DNA of 64,000 bases from Octopus sinensis (lineage: Eukaryota): contig NC_043008.1 in assembly GCF_006345805.1 (NCBI RefSeq), positions 28,024,001 to 28,088,000 on the forward strand, in the 5' to 3' direction. This document shows positions 12,320 to 24,006 of this stretch, piece after piece. Below the pieces are notes generated by a model. It was not told the DNA's origin, made no database searches, and was given only the letters and a program-made list of their open reading frames with translations. Position 1 is the stretch's first letter. Every line of letters begins with the position of its first letter. The translations under genes and the position numbers were made by a program.

Positions 12320-14560
12320 CCCCCTTAATGTAGGTTGCAGTACGCGGCCTGGGATCGGTCTCGAAGCAAGGTCACCTCCGTAACGATCTCAGGTCGCATA
12401 GGTAGGATCCTGTAATTACGGAAACCAGTCTGAGGAGATCGCAGGCGTTCTCACCCATCAAAAAATGACTACGAGAAATTCATTTCTCCATGTCAGCCTG
12501 GAGGAGTTAGGCGTCGCAGTTCTACTACGGAAGAATCTGGCGTTAGAAATTAGAACATTCTTCATTGACCCAGAGTACAAGCCGGATTCTCGGATGCGAT
12601 GAATAGCAGTAGTACGCCCTTCAGACGCTCTAGTGTAGATATGGTCTAAAAGCGACTTCACGCACTTCCTCACCGGTTTGCCGCGTCTCTGGGAAGGACC
12701 GATCACAGCTGCAGAAGTGGAGGTCTCTTTGTCGGATTGCGGTGGGGACAAGTCACCGGGACCAGATTTTCTGACCTTTGAGCTATACTATAGTATGTCA
12801 GGCTTGTTTGGACGCCTACTAGCATGAGTCTGGGAGCAGAATGGTTTTACACCTAGATCTGTGATTCGGGGGTTCCATTGCTGCTAAGAAAAGACACAGG
12901 CACATGGGATAGAGTAGATAATTTTAGGCCCATCACTCCTCTTAACGTAGAGTTAAAGATTTTGGCCAAGGTACTAACAAAAAGCTGGGCGCAGGTCGTG
13001 GATGGACTCGTCAGGGAGGAGCAAACTTGCGCCATTCCCGGTAGGTACACACAGGACTATCACCAAATTATATGCTATACCTTAAGGAGGGTTAATAGGA
13101 TTCCTGGCAAGGGAATTTAGACCATTATAAAGCTTTTGACAGAGTTGACCATCGGTATCTGCTGTCGGTCCTCACGGCGGTCGGATTTTGTCTGGTCCTC
13201 CTTGTGTGGATCATTGATTTATATGGCAACATCGATTCCATCTTCTCGAAACCGTTCTGCATGAAGCGCTCGATACATAAAGGATGTCCCATCTCTCCAC
13301 TTCTGTATGGTTTGACTCTGGAATATTTACTACAGAAGTTGGAATGTATGAAGGACGCCCCACGTGATCATGGTTGTGGAAAGTCGGTTACATCGTATGC
13401 AGACGATTTCACCATCATCGTGTCCGAGGTAGAACACCTACAGTGGGTAGGCGATGCCAATAAAGATTACGAGGTCGCGGCAGGAGGAAAAGATAATCGT
13501 GATAAATAAGTCGGCTTCCAACTCGGCACCTGGTGGTAGAGTAGATGCCGCTCAATAGCGTCGTGGGACTTTGGACAGACGGTCCGGTTAAAATGCTTGG
13601 GGTTTGGTTCTGTAAAGACCTCCAGATAAAGAAGAACTGGAGGGAGGTTACGAGCTTTGTAACTCACCTAAGCCAGACCTCGTTTGAGCACTGGCTTTTC
13701 CCTGAAAGGGAGGCCGAATGTCGCAAATGTGCTGATCACATTTGTGATTACCTACCGGCTTTCCTACTTGTGATTCGTGGCTAAGAAAGTTGTAATGATT
13801 GCTCTTTCGCTTTTTGTGGAAGGACAAAGAAGCACTTGCAAGACACTCTATCTGCTGCCAACAGACGCTAAAGTGTGGGCTATGTATGCTGTGGCTAATG
13901 ATGCGCATCCTTGGCTGATTGTTTGCAGGTTCTTGCGCTTCTCTCCCGCACGAGCAATGCCGGTGGGGAGAGTTCCATCTTGCCATACTCTAGAGGGTTA
14001 GGAAAGGCTAAGTGTGACGATGTTTGGGGGAAAACCCAGGGATATGAAGAAAGCCAGCTTGCTGGGTTTTTTTCCGAAGGACATTCGGGCCGGGGCCTTT
14101 GGACAACTTCCAAAAGTCTCTGACTTGGCAGTGTTACCGAGGAGCATTACCAGTTCGATATAATCTTTCCAGGCACTGCTCTTCATGCCAGCCCAAGATG
14201 GGAGCAGAACAGTGAACCTGTTCTTGCACGCTATTGTGCAATGTCCGAAAATATCCGAGTTGCGGTTTTATGTTGAAACCTGTTGTGCCGTTTAGGAAGT
14301 GCGCAGATGTCTTCCGAATCAATTATAAAGATTGTTCCACCGCCCTCTCTGAAAGAGAAAGAGAGGTTCTCTTTTCTAGCTGTAGTTGCGATTGCAAAAT
14401 GGATTGTATGGTAGTCTGATATGAAAGTATTAGTGACAAGCGACTTCATTTCCAGCTGAGGATTTGTAAGTATTTTTATTTCCCAAATCCAGAGCAAAAT
14501 AATAAAGCTGTCACTAAAATATATACGAGAAAAGATGTAAGAAAGTGGGATACATGTTTA
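12320..14560 (+). mobile_element. Decayed Tx1/L1-type LINE ORF2 (APE, RT, zinc knuckle)
   Basis: GVAVLLRKNL (APE); DKSPGPD, NFRPITPLNVELKILAKVL, EQTCAIPGR, KAFDRVDHRYL, KGCPISPLLY, YADD (RT); CPR..EPVLHAIVQC (knuckle). Many stops and frameshifts. Confidence 0.85.
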
Positions 14561-15308
14561 GAGTGAATGTGCCATCTTAAAGGAAGACATAAATATTCTT
14601 TAAATGGTTCAGTGGTAGAATGTCGTTTGTAGGGTCATATCCGTTCATCACGTCATCTTAATCATTCGATTTTATTATATAGCATAAATTTTTTAATGTT
14701 TTATCATTTGCTGGCGAATCACCCCGATTATTTGTACTGTCCCATCTCTGTTAGTCCCTTGTTGACAAATAAAAATCAATTCAAGTTTTCATTCCTTTCT
14801 CTTATCCGATATGGCACCCATCATTTAAAGTTTACAAATATTTTAATTTTAATTTGCACAAAGGTTTTATTTTACACCCTTTTTTTTTCACTTCACAAAA
14901 CATTTTTCTATTGCCTTGCGAACATTTAAAAAAAAATTACAACATTTTAAAACACAATTTAACATTAGAATATCGATTAATATCGAATAATTATCATTAT
15001 ACGATATTTAAGTTCTGTAAGTAGGAGCTATTTGAAACTTCCTCAAATCTTATAAACATTTTGATCGTTTTTTTGTACCTATGATGAGGGAAATGCGACT
15101 ATTTGTATTGGCTGGAAACTTCGCCCAATACGAAAGCATTCTTAGAAAAGATCGTACGGTTTTGTACTACTACTTTTCTTTGGATAGTAATACTGGAGCG
15201 CTTGAAAGCTAATATTTCGTTGGATTTTTATGTATTTTGTATTCTCACGGTATTGGAATTTGAATCTAGGAAAGTCTGTCCTCTACTTTGATTTATGTTG
15301 TATATATA

Positions 15309-15342
<34 letters not shown>

Positions 15343-15346
<4 letters not shown>

Positions 15347-16122
15347 TGGCTCGGCTTCGCGAATGAAGATCAGGAATGCTGTCCATGTCGCGTGCATGCC
15401 CGATCATGACTGACAAGTCCGATATGGGAAAGGCAGATCCGTAAGCAGTGTCGAGAGACGAAGATAACATCCGGTGTGGTGTCTGAGGCGGCTCGCGCCT
15501 TCCTCCTGCGTCTCTTGTTTTTAAGTGCATCTCTTCTTTGTTCCTCAAACTTGCTGATTGCGTTGAAGATTGTGTGGCGCCAGACATCACGGTCCGCCGC
15601 AGCCAGTTCTGATCATCATTAGTGGTTAATTTGACATGATGTTAGAGACTTTATGAGGCAGTCTTTGTAGCGCTTCCTCGGAGCTCCTCTCACTCGGTGG
15701 CCGGTGGAGAGTTCACCAAACAGGGCAATCTTTGGAAGGCGATGGTTCTCCATTCTGGAGACATGCACTGCTATTGGAGGTGGTACGTCAATAGCGTGGC
15801 TTCAATGCTGGGGATCTCGGCCTGCTCCAAGTTTTCAATGTTTGTGACGAAGTCACTCTAGTGAATGTTGAGGATGGTGCGGTACTGAACTGAAATCAAT
15901 ACAGCAGTTTACATACCTGGGCTGCATCAACTCATCCGATGCAAGGATCGACAAGGAAAATGACAATAGACTTTCTAAGGCAAATAGCTCCTTTGGCAGA
16001 TTGTACAAACGTGTTTGGCACAATGGTGGCCGGAAGAACAAAACAAAGATCAGTGTCTACAGGGTCGTGGTTCTCACTACTCTTCTCTACGGCTCAGAGA
16101 CTTGGATCACTTACCGCAGTCA
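15343..16122 (-). mobile_element. 5'-truncated, 5'-inverted RTE-clade LINE
   Basis: 15343-15883 (minus) encodes RTILNIH..DFVTNIE..RMENHRLPKIALFGELSTGHR..GAPRKRYKD plus the 3' end. 15884-16122 (plus) encodes FTYLG..GRLYKRVW..TKISVYRVVVLTTLLYGSETWITYRSH. Confidence 0.85.
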
Positions 16123-16194
16123 CACACACACATATACACACACACACACCACACACACACACACTCACACAACATACATACATATATATATATG

Positions 16195-16258
<64 letters not shown>

Positions 16259-16364
16259 ATAAAAGATAACACCATTATTTAGAATATCAAGTTGCCAGCT
16301 TGGAAAACACGTATAGTTAATAATTACCCCTGATAATAATATAACTATAATTAGAATGAAGTGC

Positions 16365-16386
16365 AAATGGCGCCACTGTATACATG

Positions 16387-16421
<35 letters not shown>

Positions 16422-16423
16422 TA

Positions 16424-16494
<71 letters not shown>

Positions 16495-16516
16495 TATAAA
16501 TACAGTGGCGCCATTT
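16365..16516. repeat. 16-bp perfect inverted repeat flanking a (TA)n tract; probable Tc1/mariner-type MITE ends
   Basis: AAATGGCGCCACTGTA ... TACAGTGGCGCCATTT. Confidence 0.55.
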
Positions 16517-17029
16517 AAGTACGCGAAATGGCATATTTTTATATATTCAAGTCGGAAATTATGAATTAAAATGTATATCAAAATAAAGAAAGTTTCACGA
16601 TCTTCATTGTGGTATACACATTTCACACGTAACATCAACAAATTAATTAAAATTTAAACATAAACTTTCTTTTACCTAATTTACGTCGCCACTTAGTTTA
16701 AGAACGATTTGCGAAATTCCATTGTTTTTTTGCCTTATTGACTAATATAAATGTAGGGTCATTTGCGTGATGTTACAATTTTTAAGTTCCCAATAGTTGT
16801 GATTGGTAAAGGACAAAACTTAACACAAGAAACCAGAGCGAGCATAGTTCATCTCAGTAAATATAAAGCTATTTCAAACGAAGTTGGATGCTCTAAAACA
16901 ACCATCTACATTGCTGTCCAGCTTTATAAAGAAACATAATCGTTATAAAGACCGCTCCCAACCATGGTAACCAAGAAAAACGGCACGAATGGATAGATAC
17001 ACTCATAGATTGTCCCTAAAAAAATCGAA

Positions 17030-17480
17030 AAGTGACCACGGTTGAACAGGTCATGAAAAGGCTGGCAACATCACCAGCTACAACGGCAGCCTGTCATGGG
17101 GCCCCCATAACCCGACCAGTTTGCGGAGCGAATATCTCCAGCAATTATATACTGTCCTACCTTTTCTCAAATGTATTACGACCTCTCGTAGAAATGTCCC
17201 CAGATGTCTGTGTTAGCATGCATGATCTCCTCAGTAAAATCAGTACTTGCAACCAATCCAACGACCGCAAAGTTTGTGTAGTGGGTTGAATGGAGGTGAT
17301 TTCATCTACCCATTTATAGACGTAGATTTTGCTGTGGAGAAATGCATAGGGATATTCTGTGAGAGTGAAGTAGAGTTCCGTGAAATTAATGCGAGGGAAC
17401 TGGGCTTCCTCCATCGACTAAACAACGACAGTGACAATTTAGACGAACCTGTATATGCATCATCCCAAGTGAGAGGAATT
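17030..17480 (+). pseudogene. Penelope-like reverse transcriptase remnant (N-terminal motifs)
   Basis: TRPVCGA..LFSNVLRPLV..DLLSKI..VCVVG, then frameshifted YPFIDVDFAVEKC, resembling PLE RT motif A (S.DV.ALYPSID). Confidence 0.6.
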
Positions 17481-19324
17481 CTCCAATGCTGAATAAAAGC
17501 AGAAAACAAAGATTCAATATCGTTTAAGCCAAAATGTGTTAAAACTGAATATTTACGTTAACGTTTGGACTTACAGTCTTCTACTTTCATACTATGCAGT
17601 ATTAATGCATTGGCAGACACCAGCATGCACCTGCAGTGCACCTCTGAACAGCGCTTGCACCTGTCATCTCATTTGGATCTATACAATGGATCCTGGGCAA
17701 TATGCGGTACTATCTATCTATCATTCTATCTATTCGTCTGTCTGTCTACCTGCATGTCTATCCCGTAAGTCATTTGCCTTTTGGAATAATGTCACGTCTT
17801 AGGTTGCTCCTGCGCGCATTGATCTGTAAAATCTAAAACAAGATTAACAACATAAATCTAAGCGGTATCGACGAGATTACAAGCGCCATACGTACTGAAT
17901 CCTCCCCATGCTTCTGCAAACAAAAAGGATAATGCAATGTTGAGTATATTTGTTTTCTTTTTATTCCAAATGTTGATTTATAATTAGACATTTGCAAATC
18001 GCTAATTGCGATACATTTAACTAAATGAATAATGTGATTTTGCAAATAAATATATTGCCTCAGACACCTCGGATACCGAATCCCAGTTGTTTAAATGCAT
18101 AAAAAGTTAAGATATTTTCAGTATCATCCAAAATGTCAACAACTTTATAACCCTCAATTTACTATTTATATTGCGTACATATTTACTTTCTGTTACATAT
18201 CCATTTGATTAAAGAGACTCCAGTTATGTGTATTCTAACTATTTCATATGTTAAATTATTCTACATAAAAATCCACCATTCAATGTATTTGGATGTGAAA
18301 ATATAATGATCATATAATACAAAAGTTTAGCAAATGAGACAATATAATATATTCTTTAATGTGATCTACTAGATGTGTTATAGAATGATAGTGGGAGTGA
18401 GATAGAGAAGTGAAAGGAAATGTGAATATATATGCAATAATACTGTTTAGGAAATCAAACCAAGACCTAAAACCGCTAGAAAATCCGTCAGTATTCGAGT
18501 AACGGACTTCCTACTACAACGATCGTGAGATTCTGTGAGAATTGTTCACATCGATATTCTTCAACAAAGCAAAGTGACTGGGTATAGGAAGTGAAAAGCG
18601 TCAAGCTAACTTTGTTATATAAAATTATATTTTGTCGAAAAACAAGGAAAGAAGAAATAAGTATCAAATGTTGTACTTGTATAAACATGGAAGTATCGTC
18701 AAACATACAGAAAAGATCGAGAATTCGTATCAGAACTGGGTATAACAGTTTATATATAGAGAGGTACATATTTAATTTCCCTGCACATAAAGTCAGTCTG
18801 TTTCAATTCTGCGAATGGAAACTACGATCCAAGGTTCATGAGAGTAACGTCCTAACCACTAACGCGCGCGCGCGTGTGTGTGTGTGCGTGTGTGTGTGTG
18901 TGTCTGTGTGTGTGTGTTTGCGCGTGTGAAATGATTCAAATATATATCGTACAAAGTGTAAAGTCTTAAATTGCACGTGCATGAACTTATTAAATGTTTT
19001 AAGTGTATTCATTGCATCCTTTTTTTCTGTAGCTAGAGATATGTATCTTAAAATTGTTAATGTATGCTTTCGTTAACATGTACATGTGTTTCGGACACTG
19101 CTTTTCTGTAAAACACAATAAGCAGGCGTTCTAGTGAAAGCCAAAAAACAGAAAACAATAAAGAAAAAATGCATAGCATAATTGTATAGAGTAGAACAAA
19201 ATCTGAAAAGAGAAATGGAAACGCCTATTAAAATGCTCACTTACGTTCATGTAAGAAATAATATTAGCTACCAGGAGTATAGTCTCAGCTCTGAGAAGAA
19301 AATACAACCGGAGGGAAAAAAACT

Positions 19325-20300
19325 AAGAGTCGCTGCTATCACTGAGAGATGAGGCTTGACTGGTCATTATAGCGAAACCACTTCGTTCTTTGCAAGTCAA
19401 AGTATATATTGTGGCGTAAGAAGTACAACGAACGTTATTATCCGTAGCTATCATATAACACCGGAAGATTTTGACTAAGAGAACATTTTTATAAATCAGA
19501 TGCAATAGAAGATTTAAGTATATTCGTTGGAAGGGATTATGCCTATATTGTACTTAGGTACATGAAAGAAGTGTTAATTATTCCATATCCTTAATAGTTT
19601 GATCTTGATTGGTTCATTGTACTATAGAATGATGACAGAGAGGAGTGAATTGTGTGCAGATATTAGGCCGAAATAAGCTACGGACTAACTAGAATTCAGA
19701 GATGTTAAGATACACTGGTAAAGAGTCTTCAAAATTCTGTCTTGAAAAAGGTGCAAATTAGAAAATAAATTAAGTCTAGAAGCACTGAAGTTGTTGAATG
19801 TTTTCTCTCGACGGTAATAACTTTAACAATGTAAAGAGATTGGAGGATAAACTTTCTGTAAAAGTAGTTTCTTAGGATACAGTAAATTCCTATTATGCCT
19901 TTTAATGAATAATAATAGTTGTATGTCATTTCAAAACCTTTGTGAAGAATATAGAATTGAGAGACGTATATGTGAGGAGAAGAATATAAATGATCTAAAT
20001 CTAATAATAAAATCTATGCATTTCTGTATATGTTCATGTAGCTTTACAGTTGAAAGTTATTGATGAATATAGATTAAAGTTTAAATGCTAATGTACTACC
20101 TGAGGTGATGAAATAAGGCTGTGATAGAATATGAGAGAGGGTGATTGTGATGGGTTGGTCAGAAGGTTTATGCATGATATAGTATAGGTTGTACTTCCAA
20201 CTACTTGCTGAGACACCTCCTGAGACTTATTTTATTTGACTTCAAGGGAATAATTGCCGAGCTGTGCTTATTGGCCATCTACAGCGAATTAAGTGCAAGA
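19325..20300 (-). mobile_element. Highly decayed LINE RT C-terminus (CR1/L2-like)
   Basis: LGIYCI..NYF-like and LVKIFRCYMIATDNNVRCTSY segments; purine-rich antisense. Clade is uncertain. Confidence 0.35.
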
Positions 20301-20769
20301 ATTTGATTACGATAGAATGATTAATTTTTTTCGAGGTACGTGGGGCTGCAAGTTTATATGTGAGGCAAAATTTAGCAACGAGATGATCACCTATTCAGAC
20401 TTTTGCTGCTATTGTAACATTGTTATATATAATGAGCGCCGGAAGAAAAATTTTTCTTTGTGACAGAAAAGTATTAGTATGTACAATCCACAGCCTACTT
20501 ATGTGAACATTTGAAATTCAAAGAAAAATCAGGTTAACTATGGACAAATATTCCGAAATTCCGGTTCCTATATCCACATTGTAAATGCATGAAAAATTGT
20601 TAATTATGTTACTCATGAATTTTTGGCAGCTTTTTTCTCAATAAATAAAGTATATCCACCCGCCAGATATCATCCAAACAGTTCGATTAAAGAAATCCAT
20701 GCCTATTTATGCATGTAATACACATATACATTTATTTATACATACACATCCACACCAAATGCACACACA

Positions 20770-20873
<104 letters not shown>

Positions 20874-21200
20874 ATATATGTCTATGCATATAATATATAT
20901 ATTTTATATTTATATATATATATATATATATTTCAACAGTTGAGGGTAAAATTAATTAATAATTAATCAATTTCACCAAGTATTCAGTATGCAAAGGACC
21001 ATTTAAGGCAAATTCAAATTATTACATTATATAAAAGGGCTTAGTAAAATAAATTACTTTGCCGCATACTGAACTCGTTAGAGATAGCAGCTAAAAAAAC
21101 TATTTCTAACACTTAAAGAAAACCTCTCTCATATAGTGCTTGCTCAATTCAACCCAAGAAAGTATGAGGGTAGAGACATTAAAAATCAAATGCAAAGGTT

Positions 21201-21259
21201 ATTTGAGTACGTACGTTTCAAGATTAGCCAAGTTCACCCTTCTCTCATCAGCTCAGAAT
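21201..21259 (-). ncRNA. Type I hammerhead ribozyme, unit 1
   Basis: ATTCTGAG-CTGATGA-GAGA...TCTT-GAAA-CGTACGT-A-CTCAAAT. Confidence 0.85.
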
Positions 21260-21746
21260 GCCCTGTTTGAGTTTGAAAACACTGAAAATGGGAGCATACC
21301 CTTTCGGCTTGTTATCGCTTCTGAAGATCTGTTCCCAACTAACAGTGCTAGCTAACTCAAATATGCAAGAGAAAAATTTCTGTTTCCCCTTTCCACCAGC
21401 GTGGGTTAAAATCAGCAAACACTATCCTTTTTTTCGGTAAAATCCAAGACAATAAGTAGAGAGAGATGAATTATAATTTCAACAATGAGGGTAAAATTAA
21501 TTAATTAATTAATCAATTTCACCAAGTATCAGTATGCAAAGGGACCATTTAAGGCAAATTCAATTATTACATTATATAAAAGGGCTTAGTAAAATAAATT
21601 ACTTTGCCGCATACTGAACTCGTTAGAAATAGCAGCTAAAAAAACTATTTCTAACACTTAAAGAAAACCTCTCTCATATAGTGCTTGCTCAATTCAACCC
21701 AAGAAAGTATGAGGGTAGAGACATTAAAAAATCAAATGCAAAGGTT

Positions 21747-21806
21747 ATTTGAGTACGTACGTTTCAAGATTAGCCCAGTTCGACCCTTCTCTCATCAGCT
21801 CAGAAT
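21747..21806 (-). ncRNA. Type I hammerhead ribozyme, unit 2
   Basis: Same motif with intact core and palindromic stem III ACGTACGT. Confidence 0.85.
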
Positions 21807-22298
21807 GCCCTTGTTTGAGTTTGAAAACACTGAAAATGGGAGCATACCTTTCGGCTGTTATCGCTTCTGAAGATCTGTTCCCAACTAACAGTGCTAGCTA
21901 ACTCAAATATGCAAGAGAAAAATTTCTGTTCTCCCCTTTCCACCAGCGTGGGTTAAAATCAGCAAACACTATCCTTTTTTTCGGTAAAATCCAAGACAAT
22001 TAAGTAGAGAGAGATGAATTATAATTTCAACAATTGAGGGTAAAATTAATTAATTAATTAATCAATTTCACCAAGTATTCAGTATGCAAAGGGACCATTT
22101 AAGGCAAATTCAAATTATTACATTATATAAAAGGGCTTAGTAAAATAAATTACTTTGCCGCATACTGAACTCGTTAGAAATAGCAGCTAAAAAAACTATT
22201 TCTAACACTTAAAGAAAAACCTCTCTCATATAGTGCTTGCTCAATTCAACCCAAGAAAGTATGAGGGTAGAGACATTAAAAAATCAAATGCAAAGGTT

Positions 22299-22358
22299 AT
22301 TTGAGTACGTACGTTTCAAGATTAGCCAAGTTCGACCCTTCTCTCATCAGCTCAGAAT
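22299..22358 (-). ncRNA. Type I hammerhead ribozyme, unit 3
   Basis: Same motif, intact. Confidence 0.85.
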
Positions 22359-22846
22359 GCCCTTGTTTGAGTTTGAAAACACTGAAAATGGGAGCATACC
22401 ATTTCGGCTTGTTATCGCTTCTGAAGATCTGTTCCCAACTAACAGTGCTAGCTAACTCAAATATGCAAGGAGAAAAATTCTGTTCTCCCCTTTCCACCAG
22501 GCGGGTTAAATCAGCAAACACTATCCTTTTTTTCGGTTAAAATCCAAGACAATTAAGTAGAGAGAGAATTTATATTTCAACAATTGAGGGTAAAATTAAT
22601 TAATTAATTAATCAATTTTCACAAGTATTCAGTATGCAAAGGGACCATTTAAGGCAAATTCAAATTATTACATTATATAAAAGGGCTTAGTAAAATAAAT
22701 TACTTTGCCGCATACTGAACTCGTTAGAAATAGCAGCTAAAAAAACTATTTCTAACACTTAAAGAAAACCTCTCTCATATAGTGCTTGCTCAATTCAACC
22801 CAAGAAAGTATGAGGGTAGAGACATTAAAAAACAAATGCAAAGGTT

Positions 22847-22906
22847 ATTTGAGTACGTACGTTTCAAGATTAGCCAAGTTCGACCCTTCTCTCATCAGCT
22901 CAGAAT
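22847..22906 (-). ncRNA. Type I hammerhead ribozyme, unit 4
   Basis: Same motif, intact. Confidence 0.85.
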
Positions 22907-23400
22907 GCCCTTGTTTGAGTTTGAAAACACTGAAAATGGGAGCATACCATTTCGGCTTGTTATCGCTTCTGAAGATCTGTTCCCAACTAACAGTGCTAGC
23001 TAACTCAAATATGCAAGAGAAAAATTTCTGTTCTCCCCTTTCCACCAGCGTGGGTTAAAATCAGCAAACACTATCCTTTTTTCGGTAAAATCCAAGACAA
23101 TTAAGTAGAGAGAGAGATGAATTATAATTTCAACAATTGAGGGTAAAATTAATTAATTAATTAATCAATTTCACCAAGTATTCAGTATGCAAAGGGTACC
23201 ATTTAAGGCAAATTCAAATTATTACATTATATAAAAGGGCTTAGTAAAATAAATTACTTTGCCGCATACTGAACTCGTTAGAAATAGCAGCTAAAAAAAC
23301 TATTCTAACACTTAAAGAAAACCTCTCTCATATAGTGCTTGCTCAATTCAACCCAAGAAAGTATGAGGGTAGAGACATTAAAAAATCAAATGCAAAGGTT

Positions 23401-23460
23401 ATTTGAGTACGTAAGTTTCAAGATTAGCCAAGTTCGACCCTTCTCTCATCAGCTCAGAAT
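23401..23460 (-). ncRNA. Type I hammerhead ribozyme, unit 5 (stem III mismatch)
   Basis: Core intact; stem III reads ACTTACGT instead of ACGTACGT. Confidence 0.75.
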
Positions 23461-23932
23461 GCCCTTGTTTGAGTTTGAAAACACTGAAAATGGGAGCATA
23501 CCCTTTCGGCTTGTTATCGCTTCTGAAGATCTGTTCCCAACTAACAGTGCTAGCTAACTCAAATATGAAGCAAGAGAAAAATTTGTTCTCCCCTTTCCAC
23601 CAGCGTGGGTTAAAATCAGCAAACACTATCTTTTTTCGGTAAAATCCAAGACAATTAAGTAGAGAGAGATGAATTATAATTTCAACAATTGAGGGTAAAA
23701 TTAATTAATTAATTAATCAATTTCACCAAGTATTCAGTATGCAAAGGGACATTTAAGGCAAATTCATTTGCATTTGATTTTTAATGTCTCTACCCTCATA
23801 CTTTCTTGGGTGAATTGAGCAAGCACTATATGAGAGAGGTTTTCTTTAAGTGTTAGAAATAGTTTTTTTGCTGCTATTTCTAAACGAGTTCAGTATGCGG
23901 CAAAGTAATTTATTTTACTAAGCCCTTTTTTT

Positions 23933-24006
<74 letters not shown>

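Larger units (their letters stand above)
20931..23940 (-). mobile_element. Tandem array of ~550-bp non-coding HHR-containing units (retrozyme-like) with terminal inversion
   Basis: Units start at 20931, 21477, 22025, 22575, 23128 and 23680 (partial to ~23766). 23767-23940 is an inverted segment. (TA)n lies on both sides. Confidence 0.9.

Noticed and set aside
21300-21400. Plus-strand CTGAAGA and minus-strand GCC-GAAA in the 550-bp unit as a second HHR
   Set aside because: No GAAA directly follows the plus-strand stem, and no CUGANGA precedes the minus-strand GAAA.
21140-23557. Repeated 60-90 aa ORF (MLNSTQESMRVETLK...) in each 550-bp unit
   Set aside because: It has a TTG start, the frame shifts between copies, it has no recognisable domain, and it lies antisense to the ribozyme.
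20931-23766. Tandem array as CRISPR or simple satellite
   Set aside because: There is no repeat-spacer alternation and the context is eukaryotic. The terminal inversion and HHR favour a retrotransposed multimer.
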